From the NCBI GenBank assembly GCA_046758705.1, contig JBHIAT010000061.1, forward strand, positions 1-18,769: 18,769 bases of DNA, in the 5' to 3' direction. Source of the stretch: Candidatus Bipolaricaulia bacterium. Lineage in GTDB: Bacteria; Bipolaricaulota; Bipolaricaulia; JBHIAT01. This document shows, one piece after another, positions 17,933 to 18,769 of the stretch (its first letter is position 1; the number at the start of each line of letters is the position of its first letter). The position numbers were made by a program, and so were the translations under genes. The notes beneath the pieces were generated by a model. That model was not told where the DNA came from, made no database searches, and saw only the letters and a list, made by a program, of their open reading frames with translations.

Positions 17933-18769
17933 ATCCCCGTACCGCTCACTGTTCTGGCCTATTGTGATCATCGGCATCGGTCTGATCGCGTTATTGAGGA
18001 ACTTAGACATCATTTCTGGTGAGAACCTCGTGACGCTCTTGTATCTGTGGCCGGTATTCTTGATTGCGATCGGCCTGAACTTTATCTTGGGACGCAGATC
18101 ACCACAGCTTAGCGCATTGATCGGTATCGGTACGGTGGCGTTGGTCATTGTTCTCGTAACGGTCGGCCCGTCGCTGGGGAGGATGGAAACCGACCGGTAC
18201 ATCGAGTCGATTGGTGGGGCAACCTCGGCGCGCGTAAACCTGAACTTGAGGTCAGGACGTACCACCGTGGATGCCCTGTCTAACTCGAACGACCTGATTG
18301 ATGCAGAACTGACCTATAGAGGCGAGGTTGAATTTACTGCCCGTGGAGATCAGGAGAAAGTCATCAACCTGCGGCATATTGACGACCGCTGTGACTTCGG
18401 TTTCTTCGACTCGATCGGCATGCGTTCGGAGATCGGCCTCAGCCCGGATGTTCCTATAGACCTGGATATCAATACCGGCTCAGGGACTACCACGCTCGAT
18501 CTGAGCGAACTGCAATTGACGGACCTGAGCGCAAACAGTGGTTCAGGGAGGACCGACCTGGAGTTGCCTGCAGCAGGTGCACGGTACAGTGCCCGACTCA
18601 ACAGCGGCTCAGGCACATTTGATGTCGATGTGGCTGAGGATGCGATTGTCGATATGAACATCAACTTGGGTTCGGGGAGATTCGGTGTTGACATCGGGGA
18701 TGGTGCCGATGTCGACGCGCGCGGCACCTGGGAGACACCCAATTTCAACAGCGCCGAGCGGCAGATTAT
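17910..18769 (+). CDS. Membrane-anchored protein: DUF5668/LiaF-like TM domain plus beta-repeat (toast-rack/DUF4097-like) domain; partial at 3' end
   Basis: Absent from the ORF track because it runs off the edge. GGAGG RBS, ATG 17910, open to the end: SLFWPIVIIGIGLIALLRNL...LWPVFLIAIGL, then four NxGSG repeats. Overlaps the previous gene by 23 bp. Confidence 0.8.
   Translation, partial: MGESKHNKSPYRSLFWPIVIIGIGLIALLRNLDIISGENLVTLLYLWPVFLIAIGLNFILGRRSPQLSALIGIGTVALVIVLVTVGPSLGRMETDRYIESIGGATSARVNLNLRSGRTTVDALSNSNDLIDAELTYRGEVEFTARGDQEKVINLRHIDDRCDFGFFDSIGMRSEIGLSPDVPIDLDINTGSGTTTLDLSELQLTDLSANSGSGRTDLELPAAGARYSARLNSGSGTFDVDVAEDAIVDMNINLGSGRFGVDIGDGADVDARGTWETPNFNSAERQI

Noticed and set aside
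1-18769. CRISPR array, tRNA or rRNA genes
   Set aside because: No regularly spaced repeats or recognisable tRNA/rRNA motifs in any intergenic region.

Overview
Bacterial chromosomal window, probably from an anaerobe, in which a few intact housekeeping genes (uvrB-uvrA, an ABC-F ATPase) sit among accessory genes. In order: the start of a partial CDS and an O-methyltransferase (-); a pckA pseudogene with a large internal deletion; a ~700-aa fusion of a reductase/dehydratase-like (COG3581-type) domain to an HgdC/BadF-type Fe-S ATPase activase, resembling parts of the anaerobic plasmalogen/ether-lipid enzymes PlsA/PlsR/Ger; an RHH antitoxin-MazF pair; uvrB-uvrA; an NmrA-like protein; a histidine phosphatase; ABC-F (-); a decayed islet (-) of IS1-like end, hsdR remnant, DUF5615/DUF433 toxin-antitoxin pair and patatin; fragments of an SCP2-like gene and a fused E1alpha/beta 2-oxoacid dehydrogenase; and two LiaI/LiaF-like membrane protein genes, the second running off the end. 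The most striking pattern is that three separate loci decayed mainly by deletions, at least two with apparent microhomology at the junction. All family calls come from motifs recognised by eye; no searches were run.
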